In this document: one piece after another, positions 11,072 to 23,166 of the stretch | How the letters are laid out: the number at the start of each line of letters is the position of its first letter | Numbering within the stretch: the first letter of the stretch is position 1 | Source: Mantamonas sphyraenae STR306 | Taxonomy: Eukaryota; Protista; CRuMs | Assembly (NCBI GenBank): GCA_026936335.1 | Contig: JAPMXV010000070.1 | Span: forward strand, 124,001 to 188,000 | DNA: 64,000 nt | Direction of reading: 5' to 3' | Made by a program: the position numbers and the translations under genes | The notes under the pieces: generated by a model | What the model was told of the DNA's origin: nothing | Database searches by the model: none | Seen by the model: the letters and a program-made list of their open reading frames with translations, nothing else

Positions 11072-13328
11072 TCACTCACTCTCCTCCCCACTATCCACAC
11101 CCCCATCTCCACTCTGCCCCACCAACCGATCCACCAAATTCGCCCTCAAATTCGGCGCCAAGTCCTCCTCCAACTCCACCGCCTGCAACGTCTTGACAAT
11201 CCCATGCATCTTGCCCCTGCCCATCTCCTCCCCTTCCTCCTCCCCGTCCTCCACCGCTTCCTCCTCCATCTCATCCCCGCCCACCCCGCCTCCTCCTCCG
11301 CTCCCGACTCTCCTCCTCCCACCCACTTGCGGGATGTGCACCTTAAAGATATAATACATCTTGCCCCGCCCCGCGCTTGGATTGTCCAGGGCCATTGGGA
11401 AGCCCATCCCCTCAAACACCTTGCGGTGGTTCGGCTGCGTCCCTGGCGCAACCTCCACCTGCACGTGGCTCCCGTCCAGACTCGGCAGCGTCAGCTGCGT
11501 GCCCATCATCGCCTCCGTCAGCGTGATCGGCACATAGCAAATGCAATCAAACCCCTTGCGCCGAAACACCGCGTCGTCCTGCGGCTCGAAAATCAACCAC
11601 AGATGCCCGTACACACTCCGGTCGCTTCCGTGCAGAATCCGGTTCCCTTCGTTCTCAATTCGCTGCTGGTCCCCCTTGCGCACCCCGGACGGAATCTTCA
11701 GCGTCATCCGCATGTGCGTCTCGGTCAGCCCGCGCCCACCGCACTCTCCACACGCACGCACCACCTCGATACCCGTGCCGTTGCACTCTGCACACGGCAG
11801 CTGCACCATGCTCATAAACCCGCCCTGCGTGTGGTGGATGATCTTTGTCCCGTTGCACGCACGGCACACTTGCGTCCCGCCCAGCGCCGCTCGCGTGCCC
11901 CTGCACTGCGCACACAGCAGCAGACGTGCATACGACACCTCCTGCTCGCCCCCCAGCACACATTCCGTCAGACTCACTGGCACCTGCAGCACCACGTCGT
12001 GTTCCCCCGGCGTGATTTCGTTGCTGCGAATCAGCGACATCGCCGCCTTGCCTCCCTCTGCCCCGCCCGACGACCCGCTGCTGCTCCCGCTCCCGCTCCC
12101 GCTCCCACCTGCGCCTCCACCGCCCCCGGTGCTGCGTGTCGCCGACGTCGAGTTGGACGACGTCGTGCTCGTCGACGACACCACCACCCGCCCTCCTTCC
12201 TGCACATTCTGGATCTGCGCACTTGTCGTCTGCGAGTCTGCCGACCACGTACGTGTGTGGCCCGTCGCAAAGCTCGTCTGCGACTCCATTTCCATGTTTT
12301 GCACCCGTCGCTTCAGCAGTTCCATGTCTCCCTGCAGCCGCTGCCTGCTCTCCACCTCGTTCTGCGACTCGGTGCGTGTCACCACCCCACTCGACGACCT
12401 CTCCTGCTGCGTCGTCATCTCGCTGAAATTGCGTTGCATCCGTTCGCCCTGCCTCCTCACCCGCTGTTCCACCGTCACGCTGTGCACCCGGTTCCCGGCG
12501 GTCCCACCCGGCGCCCCTACTGGAATCTTCGCGAACAACCGCGCACGTTTTGCGTCCACAGGGCTCTCCTGCTCCTCCAGGGCTCGCTTCTTGCCCCCCC
12601 ACCATGCTCTTGGCCGCCTGTGCCAGCAAGTCCTCCAGGTGTTCGTCCCGTTCCTCGCGCATGCTCCCGTCCCCCTGTACACCATCCACCTCGGCCCTTC
12701 GCGCAGCCACTTCCCGGTTGTATGCCGCTGCTCGCCTTCGTTCCAACTCCTCCATCCCAAACCGGTCGTACACCGCACGCCATTCCGGCGTCGACAGCAG
12801 CTTGTATGCCTCCAGCGTCCGTTGCCACATGGCGCTGTCCTCCTCCGCCTGTGCCGCCGTCTTTTTTTGCGCCCGGATCTTGTCCACGTGCAGTTGCTTT
12901 GCCTTGCGTGTAAACGCACGCTTGATGGCCCGTCCGTCCGCATTGCTGTCCACGCCCAGCACGCTGTACAGCGACTCTGTCTCGCTCATGCTCTCTGCGT
13001 GCGACCGCACACTTGCTGCACGCATCGTCCCACCAGAAGGTTCGGCCTTGGGCGACCGACACCGCGTCGACGTGCTTCCACTGCTGCTGCTCCGTGCCGC
13101 TCCCGTGCTCTCTCCCGCCACGCTGTTCATTGGTGTCGGAGGCACGCGTACGAGCTCAGGCACCCTCTCTTTGCCGCCTCCTTGCAACCCGCCGGCTCCT
13201 ACCCCACCATCGCTCGAAATTGCTCCGTTTTGGCCTCCGGCCCTGCCTCCGCCTCCGCTTCCCATCCTCTCCAGCTGCCGCAGTGCGGCCGCTATCGTGT
13301 CTTCTTTGCTTGCTTCCATCAAAAACAT
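11072..13328 (-). CDS. DnaJ/Hsp40 type-I-like protein (J-like domain with HVD, 4 CxxCxGx(G/R/K) zinc motifs, DnaJ C-terminal domain)
   Basis: SLYSVLGV..IKRAFTRKAKQLHVDK..EAYKLLS..RAVYDRFG; CAQCRGT, CRACNGT, CAECNGTG, CGECGGRG; VPITLTEAMMG..LPSLDG..PGTQP..GMGFP. Two ORFs join through a frameshift in the C-run at 12594-12600. Start uncertain. Confidence 0.8.
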
Positions 13329-13639
13329 GCACACCGATGCTTCTGCCTCCTCTACCCCTTTGGCCCGGTTTGGTTTTTTCTTGTCTCGGCTTGCGTTTCC
13401 AGAAAGAAACTTCCTGAAGCCTGCTCTCGCCGATCGATTGCCTCCGCCGGCGCACACACACTCCTCCCACTGCACACCCGCCCGCACCCTCCCGCCCTAT
13501 CCCCGAGTCACACAGCCATCCTCCAAACTCTCTTTCTTTCATTCCCTGGGCTCTCACCTCACCCCGGTCATCCCCGGCAGCTTCCCCGCCTCCCCATCCT
13601 CCTCCTCCTCCTCCTCCTCCTCCTCCTCCCTCATCTCCC

Positions 13640-14095
13640 TCAACATCTCCTCCAACCGCTCCACCTCACCATCATCATCATCCCCTCGTTCCACTCACCG
13701 CCCTCGTCCCACTCCTCCCCCCCCTCCCCGTCCTCCACCCCCACCCCCACCCCTCTCCTCCTCCTCCTCCTCCCATGAACACTCCCCACCACAATCATGG
13801 CCCATGACGCCCCACACAACATCACCACCCCGCAAAACAACTGCCGGCTTTCCCCAAACACCTCCACCGCCCTCACCGTCCACCCTGCCTCCCACACACA
13901 CACGACCCCGCTTATACACACCATCCCCAGCCCCATGCACTGTAGCAAATACGCCCACAGTAACGCTAGCCTCCTCATTCTACGCTTTTCCTTTTCCGTC
14001 ACCCGATGCCTCTCTCTCGGCCGTCTCTGCCTCTCCCTCTCCACCACCGCTTCCTCATCCCCACCACATATCCTCCACCCGCATCCTCCCTCCAC
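13640..14095 (-). CDS. Possible small membrane protein
   Basis: ORF with two hydrophobic stretches (LALLWAYLLQCMGLGMVCISGVVCV; LFCGVVMLCGASWAMIVV) in low-complexity sequence; no recognisable homology. Confidence 0.2.
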   Translation of the reverse strand: MEGGCGWRICGGDEEAVVERERQRRPRERHRVTEKEKRRMRRLALLWAYLLQCMGLGMVCISGVVCVWEAGWTVRAVEVFGESRQLFCGVVMLCGASWAMIVVGSVHGRRRRRRGVGVGVEDGEGGEEWDEGGEWNEGMMMMVRWSGWRRC

Positions 14096-14449
14096 GCTCT
14101 CAATGGTCGCTGCAAACCCCGGCGTCCACCCCGTGTCAGCACATCATTCCCACTCCCCACCTCTACTCTCCTCCCCACCCACCCTACCTCCAGATCTCCC
14201 TCCGTCGCTAAGACTGTCACTATCCCACCCGATTCCCACCATGCTCCGCCCTCGTCACTCGATCCTGTCCATCTCTCTTGCCCCACGGGCGCGCTCCGAG
14301 CCAAACAAGGCAAAACTCCACCGTCCGTTTCTCCGCCGTTTCCCCGCCCGCCCTCACACCACCCATCCCGTGCCCAACACGCTGACCCGGCCCTCCTCCT
14401 CCACATCCCGCTTCCCCCCTCCCCACCCCCTCCCACCTCCTCCACAGCC

Positions 14450-14701
14450 ATGGCACTCACGTTCAAGGGCATCGGCAAAAACCTGGGCTACTGCTCTCTC
14501 AGCGTCGCCGTGGTGTTTTTCTTCCTCTCCCTCATCCTGGGTTACGTCGAAGGCGGCCTCACCCTCACTGCCCTCGACTTTATCGGCTCTTCCAACCAGC
14601 TCTTTATTGCCATCATCTGGTTCGTTGCCGCCTCTCTCATCCTCACCCTCAACCCCTACTACGACGAGGACGAGCTCATCGACGCGCGCAACGACGAGTA
14701 G
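14450..14701 (+). CDS. Small two-helix membrane protein (83 aa)
   Basis: MALTFKGIGKNLGYCSLSVAVVFFFLSLILG...LFIAIIWFVAASLILTLNPYYDEDE; regular C-ending codon usage, two hydrophobic segments, acidic tail. Confidence 0.55.
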   Translation: MALTFKGIGKNLGYCSLSVAVVFFFLSLILGYVEGGLTLTALDFIGSSNQLFIAIIWFVAASLILTLNPYYDEDELIDARNDE

Positions 14702-14846
14702 ACACGTTGCCCCCACCCCCCCCTCCCCCCTCCCCCTCTCCCTCCTCCCTCCTCTTGCACAATCACACTCAATGGACCTGTTCTCAAACCAACCCACTTC
14801 ACCTTCCCTCTCCCACCCACCCAAACCCCCGCCCCCCGTCGCACCC

Positions 14847-16528
14847 ATGTCCACACGCTCCCCATGGTCTGAGCACATCGCCCCCAACGGTGCCAAGTAT
14901 TACTACAACGCCATCACCAAGCAGTCCACATACACCCCGCCTCCAGGCTGGCCCAATCCAGGCGCACCTCCCGCCCCGCAACTGGGCCCCAGCACCAACC
15001 TCCTCCCTCCGAGTGGAAAACATACTACCACCAGGGCAAACCCTACTACCACAACCCACGCACGGGTCAAACCGTCTGGGAGCTCCCCACCGCCTCCTCC
15101 TCCTCCTCTGCAGCGCCCTCCCAATCCTCACCCACCCCCACTGCCACCCCCACGGCCACCCCCACCACCACCACCACCACCAAACCATCCGCGAGCCCGT
15201 CCAAACCCAAACGAGGTGGCAAACCACACTACAAGAACAAACAGGCGCGGCAGGATGCGTTCACCGCCATGCTCGACGAGCTGCAGGTGCCGTCGGACCA
15301 GCCCTTTGAAGACGCCTTTGCCACCATTTCACAGGACGAGCGGTACAACGCAGTCACCAAACACAACGACCGCAAACGCATCTACGCGGAACACATGCAA
15401 CGGAAACGCAAGGAAGAAAAGGCGGCGGCACGGGTTGCTCGCAAACGAGCACGCGACCGTTTCCTGGCCATGCTCACAGACACACCCACCCAGGATCTGC
15501 CCATGCATCTGTCCTACACTGCGTTTGCCCACCTGCACCGCGACCACGAGGCCATGCAGGACGGCACGCTCTCCCCTCAGGACAAGATCGACCTGTTTGA
15601 AGACCACATGCACACACTCGAGTCCACCCATCGTCGTATGCGTTCCACCCGGCACGAACAACACGCGCTGGCCCTCCACGAGTTGTACCGCCAGCACCGC
15701 ATCCATTCCTGGGCCCAAGCACAGGCCAAACTTGCCAACGACAAACTCTTTGCCCATGTCCACCCGTACCATGCCCTACGTGCCCTCCAGGACTATCTCC
15801 AACGCGTTGGCTTGCATCCTTCCCACTCTGTGCGCTCGCTCAAGCAACACACCTTTCGCACCGAACGCAAACGGCGCGAGGCCTTTGCCACCCTCCTTCG
15901 CTCACTTGCGGACGACGGCCAGTGGCACGCACGCTCGCCCTGGGCCGATGTGCTGGGCCTCGTCAGGCCACACGACGCATACACACAGCTTCTGGGCCAG
16001 CTGGGTTCCACTCCGGTGGACATTTGGCGCGAGGTGCTGCGTGAACGCCAGGACATCCAACGCAAGCAACGGGCCATTGTGCGAGACATCCTGGCCCACA
16101 ACGAGTTTGTAGTGGCCACCGACACAACCCTGGACCAGCTCACCCAGGCCCTGGCAGACCATCCGGACACCAAACGCGTCAACAGCGCGCTCCTGCCGGC
16201 CATCCTCGACGACCTGCGTCACCGCGCCCAGCAGGACAAGGATCGCAAAAAGGTGCGCTTCCAACGCTTTGTCGACCTCCTCAAAGCCACCCCGGACATC
16301 CACTACGACACACCCTGGTCCACAGCACGCGACCTCCTCCTCAACCACCCGGCCTTCCAAGACATTGAAGCCGAAGACGAGCGCACCACACTCTACACCG
16401 GGTACACACGCGTCCTCCGCAAGCACCTCGCCCCATCATCCTCAGCCGCTGCAGGTGACAAGCGCCCACGTGACGACGATGACGGTGACGAGGGTCGCGA
16501 CGACAAGAGGCAACGTGTCGAAGAATGA
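14847..16528 (+). CDS. PRP40: PRP40/PRPF40-like splicing factor (2 WW domains + FF repeats)
   Basis: WW1 WSEHIAPNGAKYYYNAITKQSTY; WW2 EWKTYYHQGKPYYHNPRTGQTVWELP in the frame of ORF 15269 (one base missing at ~15008); FF repeats (AFTAMLDE..F......DERYNAV; AFATLLRSL..W; FVDLLKA..W). Confidence 0.8.
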
Positions 16529-16540
16529 ACCTGTTCACAT

Positions 16541-17568
16541 TTACACATTGCTGGACTTGTTGTTGGCACTGCTGCGGCGACGTATGCGTTGCGGAAGCAC
16601 TGCACGCACCACACGCTGCCCGTTGCCCAGTTGGATTTGGTAGCGTTTGTCCACGCGTCCCTTGTGGTACGCCTTTACCAACTTGCGTATCTCCTTGCCA
16701 TGGCGACTGACCTGTTCCACCTGTGCCACCACCCCGCGTGCTTCCACCACCTCCTCCTCCTCCACCTCCCCCTCTGCCCCGACCTTCTTCTTGCCCACCT
16801 CACTGCTGCCACTGCCCAACGACGACGACACCACCGAGCTATTCTTGCTGCCAATCCCACTGCTGCTGCTTCCCACCAGGTTCGAGGGCAGCTTCAGCCA
16901 CAGCTTCTGCTGTTCGCGGACGGTGAAAAACTCCAGCTGCTCCAGCCGGAACGTCTTCCAGTTGCTCGACGGCTGAAACAGAAAGATGCGCAGCCAAACC
17001 ATGCCTGTGCTTGCGTCAAACGAGCCGTCAAACTGGCGTGCGTCAATCAGATGCCACAGCTGAGCCTCGCTCTCGCAGTGCGGCCGCTTCATCAGCGTCA
17101 CCTCCTTCAACACACTCTCCCATCCCTCCGCCTTGTAGTCCGACATGGTGTACGGCGTCCGTGTGTGCACAATGCTTAAACTCGCCGTGTAGTAATTTTT
17201 GAATCGAATGTACATCAGCTGTGGGTGTGGGCGCGTGATGTTTAGCGCGGGAACCGCCACTTCTCAGCCCCCCCCGGGCCCCGGGGCCCCTTCTCACCAC
17301 TCACTGGGTCGCTTTGCTTGAACGACACGTCCACGTAGAACTGCACCGGCTTGTCCGACTGTTCGTGGGTGTGCGTGTGCAGCACCACGGGCATGGGCAC
17401 GCAGATGAGGCCACCACCGCGTTGCTGCTGCTTCTTTGCCCCGCCACCTTGTTTCCTCTTGGCTGTCGTCTCCCCTCGTCGATCCTTCCTCCCTCCTCCT
17501 CCTTTGATCAGTGTCCCACTGCTGCTGCTCGACCCACCCATCACCACCGAGTTGGCTGGGGTCGACAT
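16541..17568 (-). CDS. NICN1: Nicolin-1 (tubulin polyglutamylase complex subunit 5)-like
   Basis: IRFKNYYTASLSI, LMKRPHCESEAQ and LRIFLFQPSSNW match nicolin-1 motifs as I recall them. Intron 17219-17304 (GTGAGT...CTAAAC...CAG, phase 0) joins ORFs 17242..17568 and 16541..17260. Confidence 0.85.
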
Positions 17569-17633
17569 TGCGTGCGTGTGGGTGTGTTTCTGTTCAATTG
17601 GCGCCGCGCGTGCTCACCCAACCCACCCACCAA

Positions 17634-20600
17634 ATGCCCATCCAGGTGCGCGTCCACCGTGTTCAGTGGGACCGTGCCATGGGCGCTGGTGTGTGGACAG
17701 GTGTCACCGAGTCGGGCGACCGCGTGGACTTTCAGGTGGCACCCAACACGCCATCGCAGGTGGGCATCACCCTGCGTGTCCAGGACAACGACTCCAATGC
17801 GTGCAGAATCTACTCTGCCACTTTGGACGGCCCTCGCGCTTCGCATGCGTGTCACTGGGTGCATGGCCACACGTTTGACCTGTGCTGGGACGGTGGGGAT
17901 CCTGATCCTCTGGTTTCCCTGTTTGGCCAATCCCCAGGCTCAGAAATCACCCTCGCTGCAGACACCAATGCGCACACAGAGGCAGCAATCATGTCCATTG
18001 GCAATGCACACGACCCACAGGTGACCACGGCACTGATTGACGCGGTCAAGCACGGTTCCTTGGCACCGTTTGCAGAACACGGCCTCCCTCCAGCCCACCA
18101 GCTCGATGGTGCAGACGACGACGACGACGAATTGGCCTCGTCTGCGCTCATGTGGGCTGCCAGGTTGGGCCACGTGGACATCTTTCGGGAACTGTGCCAA
18201 GCCGGCGCAGATTTGCACTTTTTCAACATTCTGGGCGACACGGCACTCGTCTGGGCCGCAAAGGCCGGCAACATGGATGTGATTGATGAAGCGTGCACTC
18301 TGTTTGGGCCCACGGTGCTGTTGTCCACCACCGTGTATGGTCGCACTTTGTTGATGGTTGCAGCCGTGCTGGGCAACGAGGAGCTGGTGCACAGGCTCCT
18401 CCAGGTCGCTCCCATCGAGTACTTGGACGCAGTCGATGCAAACGGGAAAACAGCGTTGCGTTTGGCATGGGACGAGTATCACGAAGGGATTGTGCAGATG
18501 CTTGCAGACAAAGGGGCTGCCATGGAGAACCCATCGCAGATGCTGGTGGACTCTGCCAACGAGGGCCTGGAAGACATGGTGCAGACCTTGTTGTTGCGAT
18601 TCGGCAACCACGACGTAAACGCGTACAGCGAAGAAGGATGGACGGCATTGATGGCTGCTGCGATCAATGACCACACGAGTGTGGTCAACCTTCTCCTGGA
18701 CCACGGGGCAGACGTCAACGCTGTGGAAAGCCATGGCAAGGGGTACACAGCCCTCACCATGGCCATTGCGTACAATCGCACCACCACGGCCCTTGTGTTG
18801 ATTGAACTGGATGGGATCAGGCTGGACCAACGCACCGAGGATGGCTGGACGCCGCTGATGTTGGCTGCAGAACGCGGCTTGGAGGACGTGGTGGCATCTC
18901 TCCTTGCACACGACGTGCCTGTGAATGCCGTCAAGGACCACCTTGGATGGACTGCATTGATGAGTGCCTGTCTCAACGGCCACGTGGGCGTTGCGCGGAT
19001 GCTGCTGGAGGCCAATCCCGAACCCGTCATCCCTTGCATGGCCAACGGGTGGACGCCGTTGATGAGTGGGGCCGAGCGAAATCACACGGACATTGTGGAT
19101 GTGCTTGTGGAGGAATACGGCGCCGATGTGAACCAGCGTTGCGACGATGGCAGTGCTGCGCTGGACATTGCCGTGCAATCGATGGCGGAGGACGTAGCGT
19201 TGCGTCTGCTGGCCAAGGGGGCGCATGTGAATGTGACACGCGACAACGGATGGACTGCATTGATGGTGGCCTCGGAAAAGGGCATGGTGGACCTCGTGGA
19301 TGCGATGGTGCGTGTGTATGGGGCCGAGTTGCACGCTCGCCGCGACGGCGGATGGACCGCGCTGATGAGTGCATGCTTGCATGGGCATGTGGACATGGCA
19401 AGGCTGCTGTTGGGCCACGGGGCCAATGCCAACGACCGGGTCAACAACGGGTGGACGGCCATGATGAGTGCGGCGGAACAGGGCCACACAGACGTGGTGG
19501 TGGTGTTGGTGGAACACGGTGCGGATGTCAACGCACGCAAACAGGACGGATGGACGGCGTTGGCACGTGCGGCGGCAGAGGGCCACGTGGACACCGCGGT
19601 GGCGCTGTTGGACGCAGGGGCAGACATCGACTCGTCCGCGTCTGGTTGGACGCCTGTCATGTCAGCTGCGCAGAGGGGCCGTGGAGACATGGTGGAGATG
19701 TTGATCGCACGTGGAGCCTCTGTAAACCGCACCTGCGATGTGGGGTGGACGCCGTTGATGGTGGCAGCAGAGAGTGGGTTGGTCGAGGCGGTGCGTGCCA
19801 TGGTGCAGGTGCACGAGGTGAATGTGAACCAGGGCATGCCGGATGGATGGACGGCACTCATGAGTGCGTGTGGCCAGGGGGGCAGTGAGACGGTGCAGCT
19901 GTTGCTGGAAGCTGGGGCGGATGTGCACCAGTGCAAGAGGGATGGGTGGACGCCGCTGATGAGTGCGGCCGAGGGAGGCAACGTGGACGTGCTTGCCATG
20001 CTGTGTGACGCAGGCGCAGAGGTGAACGAGTGCAAAGGCAACGGGTGGACCGCGTTGATGTGTGCGGCGGACAAACAGCAGGAAGAGGCTGGATTGTGGC
20101 TGGTGGACCACGGCGCACGCGTCGATGCATGCACCCGGGATGGCTGGACGGTGCTGATGATGTGTGCCAACAAAGGATTGACACGGCTCGTGGAGGTGTT
20201 GGCGGACCGCGTGGACATTGCGCATCGACGCCCCGCAACAGGGTGGAATGCATTGATGAGCGCCTGTGTCGGCGGCGTCCTCCCCACCGTCGAGGTGCTC
20301 ATGGCACACGGTGCAGACGCAAACTCGTGCAACACGGATGGTTGGACCGCCTTGATGGCCGCTGCCGAGCTGGGATGGGCGGACATTGTGCGTGCCTTGT
20401 TGCGAGAGGGTGCTCACGTCGACACACGCAAGGACAACGGGTGCACTGCGTTGTGTGTGGCGTGCGAGATGGGACGCAGCGCCGTGGTGGAGGTGCTCTT
20501 GGACGCAGGCGCAGATGTGTACGTGTCCATGGACAACGGTTGGACTCCGTTGCGCTGGGCCCTGAACGCAGGCGCCTTTGACATTGTCACTGCGTTGGTG

Positions 20601-20654
20601 GAGGCAGGTGCGGATGTGAACGAGGTGGATGGCATCGTGGTCATGTGGGACTAG
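17634..20654 (+). CDS. Long ankyrin-repeat protein (about 25 divergent repeats) with a divergent head domain
   Basis: Repeated GWTALMxAxxxGH...GADVN. The N-terminal VWTGVTESGDRV resembles VWMGVTEGGDGM of the 9382 gene. Confidence 0.88.
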   Translation: MPIQVRVHRVQWDRAMGAGVWTGVTESGDRVDFQVAPNTPSQVGITLRVQDNDSNACRIYSATLDGPRASHACHWVHGHTFDLCWDGGDPDPLVSLFGQSPGSEITLAADTNAHTEAAIMSIGNAHDPQVTTALIDAVKHGSLAPFAEHGLPPAHQLDGADDDDDELASSALMWAARLGHVDIFRELCQAGADLHFFNILGDTALVWAAKAGNMDVIDEACTLFGPTVLLSTTVYGRTLLMVAAVLGNEELVHRLLQVAPIEYLDAVDANGKTALRLAWDEYHEGIVQMLADKGAAMENPSQMLVDSANEGLEDMVQTLLLRFGNHDVNAYSEEGWTALMAAAINDHTSVVNLLLDHGADVNAVESHGKGYTALTMAIAYNRTTTALVLIELDGIRLDQRTEDGWTPLMLAAERGLEDVVASLLAHDVPVNAVKDHLGWTALMSACLNGHVGVARMLLEANPEPVIPCMANGWTPLMSGAERNHTDIVDVLVEEYGADVNQRCDDGSAALDIAVQSMAEDVALRLLAKGAHVNVTRDNGWTALMVASEKGMVDLVDAMVRVYGAELHARRDGGWTALMSACLHGHVDMARLLLGHGANANDRVNNGWTAMMSAAEQGHTDVVVVLVEHGADVNARKQDGWTALARAAAEGHVDTAVALLDAGADIDSSASGWTPVMSAAQRGRGDMVEMLIARGASVNRTCDVGWTPLMVAAESGLVEAVRAMVQVHEVNVNQGMPDGWTALMSACGQGGSETVQLLLEAGADVHQCKRDGWTPLMSAAEGGNVDVLAMLCDAGAEVNECKGNGWTALMCAADKQQEEAGLWLVDHGARVDACTRDGWTVLMMCANKGLTRLVEVLADRVDIAHRRPATGWNALMSACVGGVLPTVEVLMAHGADANSCNTDGWTALMAAAELGWADIVRALLREGAHVDTRKDNGCTALCVACEMGRSAVVEVLLDAGADVYVSMDNGWTPLRWALNAGAFDIVTALVEAGADVNEVDGIVVMWD

Positions 20655-21668
20655 CCGAGCACAGTGCGGCCACTTCGACGTGTCCTTTGGCTATCGCCAA
20701 CGAGTGTGCCGTGTGTCCTGTGCCGGTCATAATGGATGTGTTTGCACCGTGGTCGAGCAGGAGTTGCGTGGTGTCCAGGTGATTGTTTCTTGCCGCGTGC
20801 ATCAGCGCCGTCCACCCAGACCGTGTGGCGATGGACACGTCTGCGCCATGTTTGATCAGTGTGGCCACAGTCGAGGTGTGTCCGTTGCGTGCCGCGTGGA
20901 TGAGCGGGGTCTCGCGCCTCAGCCGCGTTCCAAACGGAGTGTCCTCGTGTTCCAGGTTCACGTCTGCCCCAAGGTCCAACAGGATGGCCACAGTGTCGTT
21001 GTGGCCTTGTTGGGCGGCGCATATCAGCGCAGTGCGTCCGTCGGTGCCCGTGGCATTGACATCAGCCCCCAGTGAGATCAGCGTCTTCACCATGTCCTCG
21101 TGACCTCCCTGCGCTGCAATCGTCAGTGCCGTCCAGCCGTACGTGGTGGATGCGTCGACGTCGGCGCCGTGGTTCACCAGCGCTGTCGTGGTGGTTGTGT
21201 CGCCGTTGTGGGCGGCAATCATGAGCGCAGTCATCCCGTTGTCTCGCGTGTCGTTTGCGTCCTCGCCCAGGGTCAACAGACGTTGGACGATGGTGTGCAG
21301 ACTTTTCCTCGATGCTGCCATGAGCATGGTCTCACCTCCGTCGCCCCGCCATGTGAGAGGGTGTGTCAGTGTGCCGTGTTCGTCGAGCGAGAGGAGATCG
21401 AAGACGGAGTGCACAATGGATGGTCGGGAGGCTTTGCAGGCCACGGCCATGGTCGCTTCTAGTGTCTCCCTGGAGATGGAGTGTGCTGTGCGTTTGCGGT
21501 GAATCAGGTCCAGCATGGTGGCGACGGTGTGGAAGCGCCCTGCGTTGGCTTGTTGCAGGATGTCTTGTTCAAGGACGCACTCCTCCAGGCGTTGGATGCG
21601 GGATTGCATTTGGCAGAGGTTGATCTGGGCAGAGGTGATGCTTGCTGCAGCCATGCTCTTGGCCAGGG

Positions 21669-21706
<38 letters not shown>

Positions 21707-22159
21707 CCGCACTCGTCGACGACGAGCGTGAACTTGAGCATGATTCCACGAACAGTGCATGTCAGAGTGGGAAGGGCGGTGGGTGTGTGGGCGGCCTGGA
21801 GGATATCCTGGAGTGGGGGGGGGGAGGGGGAGGGGGTTGGAGTGTGAGGAGAGGGAAGGGAAGGGGGGGTAGGGTGGAGGAGTGGGAGGACGTACGGTGG
21901 CTTGCAGGTGCTTCCACTTGAGGGTTCCAGGGTTGCCAATGTCATGGACGAATGCTTTTCTGTCCAGAGACTGCTGCAGGGTGCATTCGTATGCTGCTGC
22001 GCCGCAGAAGAGGCGGCCTTGGACGGGGTCTGAGAAGCGGAGCTCAAGGCGGATGCCAGGGGTGTCATGGGAGGGGATGAGGCCTGACCACATGGCGAGG
22101 TGGCCGTCGTAGTATTGGCGGTGGATGGGCGTCTGGAGGTGTGGTTGGTGGGTGGACAT
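20641..22159 (-). CDS. Head-domain + coiled coil + about 7 ankyrin repeats (inverted, diverged paralog of the cassette genes)
   Basis: MSTHQPHL..YYDGHLAMWSG..GIRLELRFSDPVQGRLFCGAAAYEC. Intron 21808-21895 (GTACGT...CAG) lies at the equivalent position to that in the 23167 gene; then RIQRLEECVLEQ and ankyrins. 3' end overlaps the 17634 gene by 14 bp. Confidence 0.85.
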
Positions 22160-22202
22160 TCTTTGGTGGAGAAAGAGAAAGGGGAGATTCACGTTTCATC
22201 GC

Positions 22203-22844
22203 TCAATCGCGTGCTCGCACCACCTCCATCAGCATCCCCACCTGCTCCTCCAGCTGGTTCACACGTCGTTGCAGCATCCACACACTCTGCGACGTCTCCT
22301 CACACCCACTCAGCTTCACCTCCTCCAGTCGCACACGCACAAACCCATACACAAAGCTCATCCTCCCGTCCTTCATCTCCACATCCCTCACCTGCTGCTC
22401 CTTCACATCCACCAGATCCAGATCCAGATCACAGGAGCCAGTGAAGAACTTGCCTCCCACACGTCCCACCACACGTGTGGCACCCTCAGCTGTGGTGCTG
22501 GTCATGGTGATGAGCATGTGGTCGTCACCCAGTCGACCCTGGATGTCCACCTTGGTGGCGGGAGTGTCCTCGAGTGTCGCATCGTCGTCGTCGTCGTCGT
22601 CGTCAGTGTGGTGGTGGTTGTTGTTGGGGATGGTCGAGTGGGAGTGCTTCACACTGGTGCTGGTGCTGGTGCCGCGGGTGGAGGAAGAGGAGGAGGAAGA
22701 GGAAGGTTGATGGGTGGTGTCACTGGTGTGGGTGGCGATGGCAGTGGTGTCTGCGTCGTGGGGAGTGGTGGTCTGGTCATCATCGTGGGTGTTGTTGTCG
22801 TTGTCCTTGTTGCTGGTCTTGGTGGTTGCAGTCATGGTGAACAT
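22203..22844 (-). CDS. Cassette partner protein copy 1 (Thr/Ser/Asp-rich N-terminus, beta-rich domain, C-terminal coiled coil)
   Basis: MFTMTATTKT...KVDIQGRLGDDHML...RVRLEEVKLSGCEETSQSVWMLQRRVNQLEEQVGMLMEVVRARD; the ORF is intact in 3 of 4 copies. Confidence 0.65.
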   Translation of the reverse strand: MFTMTATTKTSNKDNDNNTHDDDQTTTPHDADTTAIATHTSDTTHQPSSSSSSSSTRGTSTSTSVKHSHSTIPNNNHHHTDDDDDDDDATLEDTPATKVDIQGRLGDDHMLITMTSTTAEGATRVVGRVGGKFFTGSCDLDLDLVDVKEQQVRDVEMKDGRMSFVYGFVRVRLEEVKLSGCEETSQSVWMLQRRVNQLEEQVGMLMEVVRARD

Positions 22845-22948
22845 CGTCCGTGTTTGGTGTGTGTGTTGGTTGTTGGTTGATTGGTTGGGTGGGTGGGCGC
22901 AGTGGGGTTGGGGTGTGCTTTTGTACTGACCCATGGACTGGTGAAGGG

Positions 22949-22965
22949 TGAACTTTGAATGTTCA
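22949..22965. promoter_or_regulatory. TGAAC-N7-GTTCA palindrome in the divergent intergenic region (also at 30718, 37288, 40870)
   Basis: tgaac-tttgaat-gttca lies between the two divergent ATGs; copy 4 has 7-bp arms (ggtgaac...gttcacc). Function is inferred only. Confidence 0.4.
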
Positions 22966-23166
22966 GCTGGTGAGAGAGTGCGGCATTCCCACCCCCACCA
23001 GCCATCCGTGTGTCCATGGCACCCACACACCACGTCATCATCTGTGTGCATCCCATCACATCCCACTACCAGTGCATCCATGTTCATCCCAAGGTCATGG
23101 CACAAATACAAACGGGAACCGGGATGCGCCTGCTCAGCAACAACAAACAACCCAGCAGCAGAAACC

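Noticed and set aside
10365-15012. Programmed frameshifting or pseudogenisation at ~10370, ~12597 and ~15008 (and ~59980)
   Set aside because: All are single-base indels in or next to short base runs, including one in a conserved gene (PRP40-like). Sequencing or assembly error is the simpler explanation; read-level checking is needed.
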